Assembly: GCA_965216315.1 (NCBI GenBank)
Contig: CBDCFN010000016.1
Location: forward strand, 1,504,001-1,568,000
Direction: 5' to 3'
DNA: 64,000 bases
Origin: a bacterium
Lineage (GTDB): Bacteria > UBA10199 > 2-02-FULL-50-16 > JAJFLM01
Of the stretch, positions 49,254-59,000 are shown piece after piece. The notes under the pieces are model-generated. The model searched no databases and was not told where the DNA came from. It saw nothing but the letters and a program-made list of their open reading frames with translations. How positions within the stretch are numbered: position 1 is the first letter of the stretch; the number at the start of each line of letters is the position of its first letter. A program made the translations under genes and the position numbers.

Positions 49254-49848
49254 GTTGTTTCTCCTTATGCAACGAACGACCAAACCATCCCCCTGTATAG
49301 GCATCCAAACGAGCCGTTCTATCCCGAACAATCGTCTTGAGCTTGAGGCGCTCTTTAAAGGAAAGCCGTTGTGAACGAAGTGTTTCCAGTGCCGCTATCC
49401 TTTCAAAATAATGTTGCGTGACCTTGTCTAATAACTTGATCCGTTCCTCATGGCGTCGCCGCCTTTCTTGACTGACAAGAATGGAATCCCGACTAAAGAC
49501 CAGTTTATCGAGATACCAAACCGCGGTTACTTGAACCCGCGTCCCCGCATCGTAGTCACGATTGATATCCTGCTTGTCCGGACCTATCGTCACGTTTCCT
49601 CCACTGATCGACACACTATCCTTCAGGCTCACCTTTAAGGTCTCATCCAGGTCACGCTGCACGGAAACTCTTAACTGTGGAGTGAGTCCCTGCCACGGAA
49701 TACGTTTTTTCCAGGACCGTTCGACCTGATTCATCAGATCCGCTTGCAAGAGAACTTGGCGATGGACCTCAGCCACCGGTGGCGTCGCCGACGCGACGCG
49801 CGCAGCCATTGTGGCAAGCAACACCACTATAAAGAAGCGCCACGACAT
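49243..49848 (-). CDS. Secreted hypothetical protein
   Basis: Signal-like MSWRFFIVVLLATMAARVASA; overlaps the next gene start; preceded by a sigma54 promoter. Confidence 0.7.
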   Translation of the reverse strand: MSWRFFIVVLLATMAARVASATPPVAEVHRQVLLQADLMNQVERSWKKRIPWQGLTPQLRVSVQRDLDETLKVSLKDSVSISGGNVTIGPDKQDINRDYDAGTRVQVTAVWYLDKLVFSRDSILVSQERRRRHEERIKLLDKVTQHYFERIAALETLRSQRLSFKERLKLKTIVRDRTARLDAYTGGWFGRSLHKEKQHES

Positions 49849-49864
49849 ATGAGAGGATGATATA

Positions 49865-49881
49865 AGCAAAAAGCTTGCCAA
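49865..49881 (-). promoter_or_regulatory. Sigma54 (-24/-12) promoter
   Basis: TTGGCAAGCTTTTTGCT: GG-N10-GC with TGGCA and TTGC contexts. Confidence 0.75.
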
Positions 49882-49940
49882 CTCGCACGTGGACGAGAGA
49901 ACGTTTATTCAGCTAAAGAATGAATGGGAGTAAGAATCGA

Positions 49941-49976
49941 GTCTCAATTTGCGACGGCGCCGTCCCGCATTGAGAC
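49941..49976. promoter_or_regulatory. Tandem palindromic activator sites (putative sigma54 enhancer)
   Basis: GTCTCA-ATT-TGCGAC and GTCCCG-CAT-TGAGAC, 21 bp apart, 60-95 bp upstream of the sigma54 box. Confidence 0.6.
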
Positions 49977-49985
49977 GCCATCCCC

Positions 49986-50516
49986 TTAGGCGAAACGTTG
50001 GCGGCGCGACCAATATATGAAGGCGAGGGAAATCGGAATTAAAAGGACTGTCAATATCGTCGCCCCCCCCCCTACCGCCGAGTCTGCCAATGCAGTTCCC
50101 GTGCCCGCCACAAACTGTTCATAGCTTCCGACGACGACATAGCGATCCAGAAGCGCCCAGATGAGAGCTCCCTCCGCAACCAACATGACAAGGATAAGCA
50201 AAGGAGGGTAAGCACGCGAAAATTTTGCGCCCTCAACCGTCAGACAAAAGCCAACGGCGTAGGCAAAAAAGTAAAGCACCAGCACATACCAAACCATCCA
50301 GGCCGGCAAGTCAGCCGCCCGAACATAGTACATCCACATCCAGTCCGGAGCTAAGAGGTACGAGTAGTAAACGATGACGACAAAGAGCGCCGTAATCAAC
50401 TTACCCGTAATGAACGCCCGCGTCATAAATAAACTGCCGCGGGTCTCCCCTTTGACACCATAACCGAAGATTAATCCGATCAGGATCAGAATGGGCCAAT
50501 CAATGATAAATGTGAG
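49986..50516 (-). CDS. Hypothetical multi-pass membrane protein (start uncertain)
   Basis: The ORF from ATG 50426 extends 30 more codons, largely hydrophobic, to an AAGGAGG SD, with no canonical start codon there. Confidence 0.65.
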   Translation of the reverse strand, partial: LTFIIDWPILILIGLIFGYGVKGETRGSLFMTRAFITGKLITALFVVIVYYSYLLAPDWMWMYYVRAADLPAWMVWYVLVLYFFAYAVGFCLTVEGAKFSRAYPPLLILVMLVAEGALIWALLDRYVVVGSYEQFVAGTGTALADSAVGGGATILTVLLIPISLAFIYWSRRQRFA

Positions 50517-50624
50517 GGGCCTCCTTTGCGACGCGTGACGGAATCTCGATAACAGATGGAGCGCTCAGAACACAACCATAATTCGCTTTCTATTTCGGCA
50601 AAGTCCGCTAAGATACTCTATAGC

Positions 50625-51296
50625 ATGAAAACCGGCTGTAAAATCATTATCGGTGTCGTGGTCGCTCTAGCGATACTTGTCAGCTGCCTGTGGCTGATAC
50701 GAGACAATTTCATTTCATCTTATCTTGAAGAAACCGTCGCATCAAAACTCAATGTTGTCCTAAAAATCGATCGATTTAAGAGTCAGCCGTTCAAGGGACT
50801 GAGTCAGTGGCGTATTGAGGCAAGCGGTACGGTCGAAGGCGCAACCTTTACCGGCAATGCCCAGCTCTCTCTCTTCCCCCTCGAAGTGATTAAACACCAG
50901 CTCAATGTGACACGTTTTCCCCTTACGGATCTCAATACCGTTACGCGTAAATATTGGGGCTTTGAATTTGCACGCGGCTGGACGGATATTCATTCATGGG
51001 GAGCCATCCACCGAGAGCGTATTGAGGTGCGTGCCAAGCTTCATCTACAGGAATTCGAACTCGCCGGCGATAACATCCCCTCGGAACTTGCTGGCGATGA
51101 AAATCTGCTCAATATGCTGGTTCACGTCACCGGTCTCCCCTTGGAAATTGCCATTGAAGGAAATCCACACAACCCGAAAATCAGCTGGAAACGAGCACTC
51201 CCTGCAGGTCTTAATATGATGAAAGGTTTTTTTGGACCGCTTTTTGAGAAATTTCAACTCCCCACTAAGAACAAGCCACCTTCGGAATCACCATAA
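50625..51296 (+). CDS. Membrane-anchored AsmA/DUF748-like protein
   Basis: N-terminal TM anchor; beta-rich body; C-terminal LPLEIAIEGNP.NPKISW pattern. Confidence 0.55.
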   Translation: MKTGCKIIIGVVVALAILVSCLWLIRDNFISSYLEETVASKLNVVLKIDRFKSQPFKGLSQWRIEASGTVEGATFTGNAQLSLFPLEVIKHQLNVTRFPLTDLNTVTRKYWGFEFARGWTDIHSWGAIHRERIEVRAKLHLQEFELAGDNIPSELAGDENLLNMLVHVTGLPLEIAIEGNPHNPKISWKRALPAGLNMMKGFFGPLFEKFQLPTKNKPPSESP

Positions 51297-51693
51297 AGGT
51301 CCCGGCTCCCGTAGCCACGAGACGATCCTCAGCCGTCCATACGCTCATTTTAGCCGTCGTCAAATTCTTGCCCATGCGAACAATCTCACCACGTGACCAA
51401 AGAGCTTCGCCGCTCACATGTTCCAGTAGTCGTACTTCAAATTCAACCGTCGCAATCCAAGTGGCGTAATATGGTGCAACCGTAAACCAGCCGGCATTGT
51501 CCAAGAGCGTCGCAAACACGCCGCCATGCACGCCATTCATCGCGTGATCAAAACCGGCATGATAAGGCATATGAAAGACCGCCCGGTCTTGATCGTCATA
51601 AGACAGCGTCATTCCCATGCTTTTGGCGATCGGAGCGGTGCTAAAGAGCTTCACCAGCTCTTGCTGTCGCGTTTTGGATGACTCCGTGGCCAT
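51265..51693 (-). CDS. PaaI-family (hot-dog) thioesterase
   Basis: NGVHGGVFATLLDNAG, ATVEFEVRLL, G.IVRMGK, LVATGAGTF; likely start MATESS at 51693. Confidence 0.9.
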   Translation of the reverse strand: MATESSKTRQQELVKLFSTAPIAKSMGMTLSYDDQDRAVFHMPYHAGFDHAMNGVHGGVFATLLDNAGWFTVAPYYATWIATVEFEVRLLEHVSGEALWSRGEIVRMGKNLTTAKMSVWTAEDRLVATGAGTFMVIPKVACS

Positions 51694-51951
51694 AACCAGG
51701 CAATAGGAGATCATGAGACAGACCGCAACCTTAAAGACGGACACTATCTTACAATAGGGATCACTATCAGTATCGGGGTTGCACGCTATTTTAACCCTAA
51801 ATGGAGCGAACAATTACGCACGGACATCCTCGCCGCCTTGGAAGAGGCCACGGCCCGTGCTGACGCGGCTCTGTACGAGGCCAAAAAGAATGGCCGTAAT
51901 CGAGTCGTTATCGCGGCAGCTCCTGCGCCCGATACCCCAAAAACCGAGTAA
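51682..51951 (+). pseudogene. C-terminal remnant of a GGDEF diguanylate cyclase
   Basis: Translates to ...ITISIGVA...ARADAALYEAKKNGRNRVV...*; in-frame TGA at 51679, no ATG/GTG/TTG before the ITISIG motif, GGDEF motif absent. Confidence 0.8.
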
Positions 51952-52109
51952 TTTCCAGCCTCAGCAACCAAGCTATGACCGTACGGCTTGTATACAATTG
52001 AATGGGACACTTTCCGAATAAAGCGAAAAATCGTTGTCATTTGTGCCCGGAGACGCTAAATTCTCCCGCTCTGAGGCGTATTGATAAGATTAATTTTAAG
52101 GAGATTTTT

Positions 52110-52574
52110 ATGAAACTTCGAATCACGACTTTAAGTATTGTAGCTTCTTTTGCACTAGCCACAGCCGCCTATGCGGGTTTTGGAAGTAGCATTGGTAAAT
52201 CTGTCGGCGGAACCGGTGGTAAAATCGGCGGTGCCGCGGGTAAGGCTGTCGACTCTGCCGCTTCTTCAGCTCTGATCAGTGACCTCAATAAAAAGATTGC
52301 TGCCGAGGGATGTCGTTTCAAGGATGCAACCACGGATTTTGAAACAACGTGCAGCTTGTCTAAAGTCAACAGCATTATCAGCAAACATCGTAGTGCTATT
52401 GAAAACGTCTTCGGCAAACGCGTTTACATCACGGTTCATGCCAATGGGAATACCAATAGTCTGGCGAGTGCCCGTGCCCGTAACGTGAGAAATTCATTGA
52501 ATGTCAATTGGTGGAGAGTGAATACACGGCATTCAAAAGGTGGCGATGGTCTGACGATTACAGCCCACAAATAA
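52110..52574 (+). CDS. Small secreted protein, possible degenerate OmpA-C-like fold
   Basis: AAGGAG SD; signal ending AYA; Gly-rich segment; ITVHA....NSLASARARNVR resembles the OmpA LS..RA..V motif. Confidence 0.6.
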   Translation: MKLRITTLSIVASFALATAAYAGFGSSIGKSVGGTGGKIGGAAGKAVDSAASSALISDLNKKIAAEGCRFKDATTDFETTCSLSKVNSIISKHRSAIENVFGKRVYITVHANGNTNSLASARARNVRNSLNVNWWRVNTRHSKGGDGLTITAHK

Positions 52575-52591
52575 GCTGAAATACCATTTAC

Positions 52592-52630
52592 AAAAAAAGG
52601 CGGCCTGCATCACGTGGGCCGCCTTTTTTT
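52592..52630. terminator. Bidirectional rho-independent terminator
   Basis: AAAAAAAGGCGGCC-loop-GGCCGCCTTTTTTT between convergent genes. Confidence 0.9.
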
Positions 52631-53225
52631 ATGCCTGCTCCTGGACCCTGATTTCTTTGGCCTTACGGCGCCGCATAAAGACAAAGACCGTCATCGCAAT
52701 CGCAATAGCGCCTGCAATGGCAACGGCCCATAAGCCACGTTGCGCCAAACGACGCAGCTTGGCATCAAAGTTATGGGCAATCGACATGACGACATTACTG
52801 CCTTGCTGGCCTTCGACGTAGAACGCCGTCAATACATAGGGACCCGGCGCGTCGACCGTAAAATCAAAAACCGAGACACCGGCATGCGAACCGGCGGCAA
52901 ACTCCGACAGATTGGAAGCATCATTGAGTAAAAGATAATTGCCGTTTTCTTTCGATTGGAGCTCGCAGAGGAGGCCCGAAAGCACAGGTCCCGTCGCATA
53001 ACGCCGCCCGCCGACCTCACTTTCATACTCATAGAACATCGTATAATATCCCGGCTGGTCGAGATTGACGACAAAGGATCCGGGAAGCACAACACGTTCC
53101 ATATTGGCGGCGAGCTTGGAAATACCGCCATGCAAAGACCAGGCAAAATAGGCAATGCCCGCCCCCAATACGAGAACGGCCAACAGATAATAGCGTCGAC
53201 CCGGTTTAAGGCGGTGATACTCCAT
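52629..53225 (-). CDS. Hypothetical membrane protein (two TM helices flanking a beta domain)
   Basis: AGGAG SD before ATG at 53225 (MEYHRLKPG). Confidence 0.75.
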   Translation of the reverse strand: MEYHRLKPGRRYYLLAVLVLGAGIAYFAWSLHGGISKLAANMERVVLPGSFVVNLDQPGYYTMFYEYESEVGGRRYATGPVLSGLLCELQSKENGNYLLLNDASNLSEFAAGSHAGVSVFDFTVDAPGPYVLTAFYVEGQQGSNVVMSIAHNFDAKLRRLAQRGLWAVAIAGAIAIAMTVFVFMRRRKAKEIRVQEQA

Positions 53226-53265
53226 CTCCTTTAAAATACTACGTTTTTCAGCGAAAAGCGAGTCC

Positions 53266-53292
53266 GCAACCTTCCCTGCACTCAACCGAAAA
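53266..53292 (+). promoter_or_regulatory. Sigma28-like promoter, copy 5
   Basis: GCAACCTT-N11-ACCGAAAA, ending 9 nt before the ATG at 53302. Confidence 0.65.
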
Positions 53293-53301
53293 GCCCCTAA
53301 C

Positions 53302-54633
53302 ATGCTCTCAATCGCCTCCACGACCACCATGAGTCTCCATGCGGTGCCTTTATTGGCCGCCAATAATTTCGTCGCGACTCAGCCGGAACTAAGCGCTCAG
53401 CTGCAGTTGGTCACCGAACAGGGACTCCGGACTCAACTGCTCTCTACTTTAAGAGATCGTGGCGTGGCCGTTGAAAACTATACGGACTTGAGTAAGGCAT
53501 CCGTGCTTGAAGATAGGGACATCAGTGATCGCCTCCGTTTTGCGTTGCGAACCACACTCGATGATCCCCAGCCCGCTTTCCGGACAAAGCAACTCGTCGC
53601 TCTTCCCGATATTCTTACAATCCCGTGGCCCTCGAAGGTCCGTCGGCACTTTAAAGAAAGTACGGGACAGTCACGCTGGCTGCTCAAGCCCGAGGGCTTT
53701 GACATGCGCCGCGAATTAAGGCGCTTCGCACGCGACCAACACAAAGGGCGCATTCGCTATCCGCAAAGTGCCCGTGAACATGCCAGTTGGGTCGCAGCGA
53801 TTCGACGTCAACAACATTTAGGCCGGACCATTGCGTGGCACAAGCCGCGTCACGGAGTTCAAGAGATTCTTAACTTCCTTAATATTCGCATTCAGCCACG
53901 CGGGAAAATTCCGGAATCAATCAATCCGGACCTGCTCGGTTTTCAACGGCTCGGAACGGCCAATCCCTTGCCCGGCGATCTCATGACTTACTCGATTGCT
54001 TTTTTCACGAGCGCAGCCATTGTAACGCAGAGTACCTGGGACGCTACCGCCGCCGAAGTGATGGTCCTCGGGGGCCGTTCAACGTTTTTAACCCGCCCCG
54101 AAAACGTCGGAACGCGACCCGAATATTGGCGCTTTATCCCGGAACGAAAGCCGGAGCTACTCGTCACTTCGGGCTCACGCCTGGATCAAGTGGACTTTAA
54201 GGCGCCGACTCATGAAAACGTGTTAAAGCCTTTGGCGTCACAGCTGCGATTCAAGGCCAAGGCTTTCACGGTGCTCGAAAGTCATGCGGGTCCGGCGCTG
54301 GGAATGGATGCTTGGCAGGTCCTCTATGAATTGGCCAATTCAGACTCCGCAATTCTGACCTTTCAGCTCCTCGGTCGCGGTCAACAACGCCGTTTGGCCG
54401 TCGCCATTCGCTATTTCCAAGCAATTCACAGTGACCGCTTCCACTTCCTGAGCTCCGCCGAGCGCGCCCTACGTGACTTAGCGCGATCCTACGAATTAAG
54501 GCGGCTGGATATCTACTATCCTTTGTGCACTCGTGACAGCATGAGACGCGCGCTCAAACGCAGGCGTTATAGCCCCCTGCGCTCCCCATTTCACGGCAAA
54601 ATCCTCGGAAAGCGAATTATTCTGACCAGTTGA
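53302..54633 (+). CDS. Orphan Arg-rich hypothetical protein with Ser/Thr-rich leader
   Basis: 443-aa ORF; leader MLSIASTTTMSLHAVPLLAANN; no recognised domain. Confidence 0.65.
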   Translation: MLSIASTTTMSLHAVPLLAANNFVATQPELSAQLQLVTEQGLRTQLLSTLRDRGVAVENYTDLSKASVLEDRDISDRLRFALRTTLDDPQPAFRTKQLVALPDILTIPWPSKVRRHFKESTGQSRWLLKPEGFDMRRELRRFARDQHKGRIRYPQSAREHASWVAAIRRQQHLGRTIAWHKPRHGVQEILNFLNIRIQPRGKIPESINPDLLGFQRLGTANPLPGDLMTYSIAFFTSAAIVTQSTWDATAAEVMVLGGRSTFLTRPENVGTRPEYWRFIPERKPELLVTSGSRLDQVDFKAPTHENVLKPLASQLRFKAKAFTVLESHAGPALGMDAWQVLYELANSDSAILTFQLLGRGQQRRLAVAIRYFQAIHSDRFHFLSSAERALRDLARSYELRRLDIYYPLCTRDSMRRALKRRRYSPLRSPFHGKILGKRIILTS

Positions 54634-54670
54634 CTCCCTGAGCGCCCCCATGTACATCAAATGGCCTTCC

Positions 54671-54742
54671 GGCGCGGTTGCCAAGTGGTAAGGCGGCAGT
54701 CTGCAAAACTGCTATACGCGGGTTCGATTCCCGCCCGCGCCT
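54671..54742 (+). tRNA. tRNA-Cys (GCA)
   Basis: GGCGCGG/CCGCGCC acceptor stem, anticodon arm GCAGT-CTGCAAA-ACTGC, GGTTCGATTCC, U73; CCA not encoded. Confidence 0.97.
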
Positions 54743-54883
54743 CATTCCGCGAAGCGAAAGCGCGCCGCTCGCAGAGCTTGCGGCACCTGAGGCGCCAGTG
54801 GCGCTGATCAGAGCTTCCACTTTGCTTGACAATCCCCCATCGTATGGCAAATGGGGGCCACTAAGTTGTTGCAGGGAAGTTAG

Positions 54884-54980
54884 AAGCAAGCCAGGCAAGG
54901 AACGAAGCCCGCAGTGAGGGAGGCGTACTCAATGTACGTTGACCGAACGAGGACTGCAGAGACGCCGCCTGGCGCCGCTT
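54884..54980. repeat. Palindromic element between the two tRNAs
   Basis: Terminal AAGC..GCCAGGC / GCCTGGC...GCTT with inner CGTAC-TCAAT-GTACG hairpin. Confidence 0.6.
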
Positions 54981-54998
54981 ATCACTTTCCTGCCCCAC

Positions 54999-55083
54999 GC
55001 CCGGGTGGTGGAATTGGTAGACACAAGAGACTTAAAATCTCTCGGGAGTTTCTCCCGTGCCGGTTCGAGTCCGGCCCCGGGCA
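54999..55083 (+). tRNA. tRNA-Leu (TAA)
   Basis: GCCCGGG acceptor, GGAATTGGTAGAC D-arm, AGAGA-CTTAAAA-TCTCT anticodon arm, long variable arm, GGTTCGAGTCC; CCA not encoded. Confidence 0.97.
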
Positions 55084-55216
55084 TATTCCACCAGACACAG
55101 CCCAATCGGGTCCATTTGAGCCTCTAGAGGCCGTACAAGTGTATCTTTGTGTATCCAAAAAACCACTGGAAAAACTCTTCAAAATCAGGGAGAAAGGGCT
55201 CAAACGGGAGGCAATT

Positions 55217-55648
55217 ATGCAGCATAAAATCCTACTGGGGGTCGGCGCGTTTTTCTTCTTGATTGGAGGCCTTATGGTCGGGCCGCAGGGCTCACTGCAA
55301 GAGGCCTTCGCCAAACCGCCCAAATGGGCCCCCGCCCACGGCTATCGGCGCAAGCATGAAGACGGCCACAAGCACAAACATAAGCATAAGCATGAAGCGC
55401 GGACCTACGAGTCACGTGAAAACTCTTACTCGTGGACGTATAGCCGCATCGACGTCAATAATGACGGCCGAATCAGCTTATCCGAATGGAATGAAAGCAA
55501 AGAACTGTTCATCATCTTGGACCGTAATCGGGACGGTTATGTCAGCCCGACCGAATACGCCGGTATCGATGAACAACGCGGCTTGATTAGCGGCCTGCTC
55601 GCCAAGGTCAAAGAAAAGGTCGGCAGCTTTTGGGGCTGGTTGTTTTAA
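55217..55648 (+). CDS. Secreted EF-hand protein with His/Lys-rich tract
   Basis: GGAGG SD; signal peptide; PPKWAPAHGYRRK; HKHKHKHKH; DVNNDGRISLSE and DRNRDGYVSPTE loops. Confidence 0.8.
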   Translation: MQHKILLGVGAFFFLIGGLMVGPQGSLQEAFAKPPKWAPAHGYRRKHEDGHKHKHKHKHEARTYESRENSYSWTYSRIDVNNDGRISLSEWNESKELFIILDRNRDGYVSPTEYAGIDEQRGLISGLLAKVKEKVGSFWGWLF

Positions 55649-55848
55649 AACACACCTGCGGCTCGTCTCAACGGGAGCGGTTGCAAGCGGAACTACCGGG
55701 CAGGCAGTCAAAAAAGATGGCTGCCTAATTTACGTGCAATAATTCATAAAATCCCACCCGGCGCATCTTTGCGCCTGCCGTATGGCACTTCTCCAACAAT
55801 TGAGACGATACAGAATGTACTATATGCTCGAAATGACTCTTTTTTTCG

Positions 55849-55907
55849 TTGACCTCTGACCATTTTTGTCCATAATCCATCCCATCTAGACTGACACGTC
55901 AGTCTAG
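55849..55907 (+). promoter_or_regulatory. Sigma70-like promoter with perfect palindromic operator
   Basis: TTGACC-N16-CATAAT (55849-55876) followed by CTAGACTGAC-AC-GTCAGTCTAG (55886-55907). Confidence 0.65.
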
Positions 55908-56010
55908 TCCGTAATAACGAAAGCCCAGCTTCCGTTATTACTCTAGTTAAGGGGGCGAAAACTCTCCCCCCTTACATCCCCCCATCGTGGGGTCACTTAG
56001 GGAGAACTTA

Positions 56011-59000
56011 ATGGCACAAAAGCTGATGATAGGAGTCGATGTCGGCTCCACCACCGTTAAGGCCACCGTCGTCGACCCGGAAACCCTCGACATTCTCTGG
56101 AGTGATTACCAGCGACACGAAACCAAGCAGCCGGAAAAGGTCCTCGAGTTTTTAGTTCGCATCGGCAACGAATTTAATGACGTCGCCCAAGAAGATATTC
56201 GTCTTTTTCTAACCGGATCAGGCTCCGCCCCGCTCTGCGAACCTTTGGGAGGCAAGTTTGTTCAAGAGGTCAACTCGGTCACCCTCGCAGTTGAAAAACT
56301 GCATCCGGATGTCGGCTCCGTCGTCGAACTCGGTGGACAAGATGCCAAGATTATTATCTTTAAAGAAAATCAAGAAACCGGTGAGAAGCAGGCCATTACA
56401 TCCATGAATGATAAGTGTGCTTCCGGCACCGGCGCGACGATCGATAAATGTATGATCAAGGCCGGTGTCGATAATGATTTTTCATCGAAGCTCGTTTTCA
56501 ACGGAGATAAACTCCACCACGTCGCCGCCAAGTGCGGTGTCTTCGCCGAAACCGACATCGTCAACCTCGTGAAGTCCGGCATTCCCTCCGACGAAATTCT
56601 CAATTCACTTGCGGATGCCATCGTCATGCAGAACCTCTCTGTTTTAACGCGCGGTAATACCTTGCGTCACAAGGTACTGCTCTTGGGAGGACCTAACTGT
56701 TACCTCCCCTTCTTGCAGGAGTGCTGGCGTAAACGTATCCCCGAGACCTGGAACGAAAGAAACTACGATTATCCCAAGGACGTCCCCATTGAAGACATCA
56801 TTATTGTTCCGGAGAATGCCCAATATTATGCCGCCTATGGCGCTGTGCTGTATGGAACCTACGAACCCGCCGAGGCCGGTGTCTATAAAGGCCTGAATGA
56901 GCTTAAAAATTTCATTAATTTTGGTCGCAAGGCCAAACTGGGCGAACAGGCAGGCAAACCATTGGTCGCCAACGAAGCAGAACTCGAAGCGTTCAAAGAA
57001 GACTACACGATTCCCCAATTTAAGCCGCAGGTCATTGAAGCGGGTTCCGTTGTTAAGGGATACGTCGGTTTAGACGGCGGTTCAACATCATCCAAAGCCG
57101 TCCTCGTAGACGAGGCTGGTGAGATCATACTCAAGGCCTATCAGCTATCTAAAGGGAATCCGATTCAGGATACCAAAGAAATCCTGAAACAAATGAAAGA
57201 TTACATCACCGATCAAGGGGCTACTTTAGAAGTCCTGGGTTTTGGTGCGACCGGCTATGCTGCGGATGTGCTTGAGTCTTCGCTCAAGTCAGACGTCAAT
57301 ATTGTTGAGACAGTTGCTCACATGATGAGCGCCGTGCACTTCTTCGGAGACGTCGACGTCATCTGCGACATTGGCGGACAAGACATCAAAGTCCTCTTCA
57401 TGAAAAATGGTGACATCAAAAATTTTAAACTGTCGAATCAATGTTCGGCCGGGAATGGCATGTTGTTGCAGGCGATGGCCGATCAATTTGGCATCAAGGT
57501 CCAAGATTATGCCGACGTCGCCTTTGGAGCCGACCTCGCCCCTAAGTTTTCCTATGGTTGCGCGGTCTTCTTAGACAGTGATCGCGTCAACTTTCAAAAA
57601 GAAGGCTTTTCAAAGGAAGAACTCCTCTCCGGACTCGCGCAAGTCCTGCCCAAAAACGTCTGGCAATACGTCGTCCAGATCCCACGCATGGCCGAGCTGG
57701 GTCGTCGTTTTGTCTTGCAAGGCGGTACGCAATACAATCTCGCTGCCGTCAAGGCACAGGTGGATTATATTAAGGAACGCGTTCCTGGTGCCGAAGTCCT
57801 CGTCCACCCGCACTGTGGCGAAGCCGGCGCGATTGGTGCCGCTATGGAAACCCGCCGCGTCGTGCAACGCCGCGGCTACTCTACTTTTGTCGGCCTTGAT
57901 TCAGGTATTGACCTTAAATATATTTCGCGCAACGACGAGAGCACGGTCTGTCATTTTTGTCCGAATAACTGCAGTCGTACTTTTATCGACACGGAGACTC
58001 CCGATGGCGACACGGCTCGTTACATCTCCGGCTTCAGTTGCGAAAAAGGAACCGTCGAATCCAAGGAGGAGATGGTAAAACTTTCGAAAAAACGCAACGA
58101 ACTCAAAAAAGAATTTCCCAACCTTGTCGATTACGAAGCCAAAGCGCTTTATCGCACGTACACAAAAGATCCCATGCCGGAGGACGGCGATGTCTACGAA
58201 GACATCAAGGTCAAACGGGGCTTCTTTGGGCTCGGCAACGTCAAGCGGATCCCCTATACGCGTACCTTTCAGCGTTCATCGGAAGCCGCTTGGGAAAAGC
58301 GTAAAGACATCCGTATTGCAATCCCGCGCGTCCTCAATATTTGGAGTACGGCACCGATGTGGCGGGCCTATTTTGAGAGCCTGGGGATTCCCTCCAAAAA
58401 TGTCGTATGGTCCGATTACACCTCCGAAGAAATGTGGACCGAAGGCGGCAAATATGGCTCGATCGATCCCTGTTATCCGTCTAAAGTGGCTCAAGCCCAC
58501 ATCCATAACATCCTGTTCCACAAGCATAGCGATGAAAAGCCGATCAACTATCTCTTCTTCCCTATCCTGACCCACGTGGAATCGTTTATGGACCACGTCG
58601 TCGATACGGCCTGCTGTCCGATCGTGTCCGGCGCTCCGGAGGTTATGAAGGCCGCCTTTACCAAAGAAAATGATTTTTTTGCAGAACGCAATATGACCTA
58701 TTTTGATCCAGCGCTCACGATGAACGAACCAACTCTGTTCAAAAAACAGATGTTCGAAGCTTTTCAGCCGCTCCTTGATATGACAGAAGACGAGAGTGAT
58801 TTTGCCGTCGATCAAGGATGGAAGGCCTTACGCACCGTAGATAAAGACCTACAGACTCGAGGCCGCGAGATTTTGGATTGGGCGGAAAAAGAAGGCAAAA
58901 TGACCCTGCTGATGGTGGGCCGCCCTTATCATCTTGATCCTGGTCTCAATCATGAAGTCTTAGATGAGTTCCAGGTCCGCGGCTATCCCGTTCTTTCAAT

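Noticed and set aside
51725..51750. Additional sigma28-like site (GCAACCTT)
   Set aside because: No CGA-containing -10 element at the required spacing.
54914..55216. N-terminal extension of the 244-aa ORF
   Set aside because: Overlaps tRNA-Leu and a palindrome; SD and signal peptide support the ATG at 55217.
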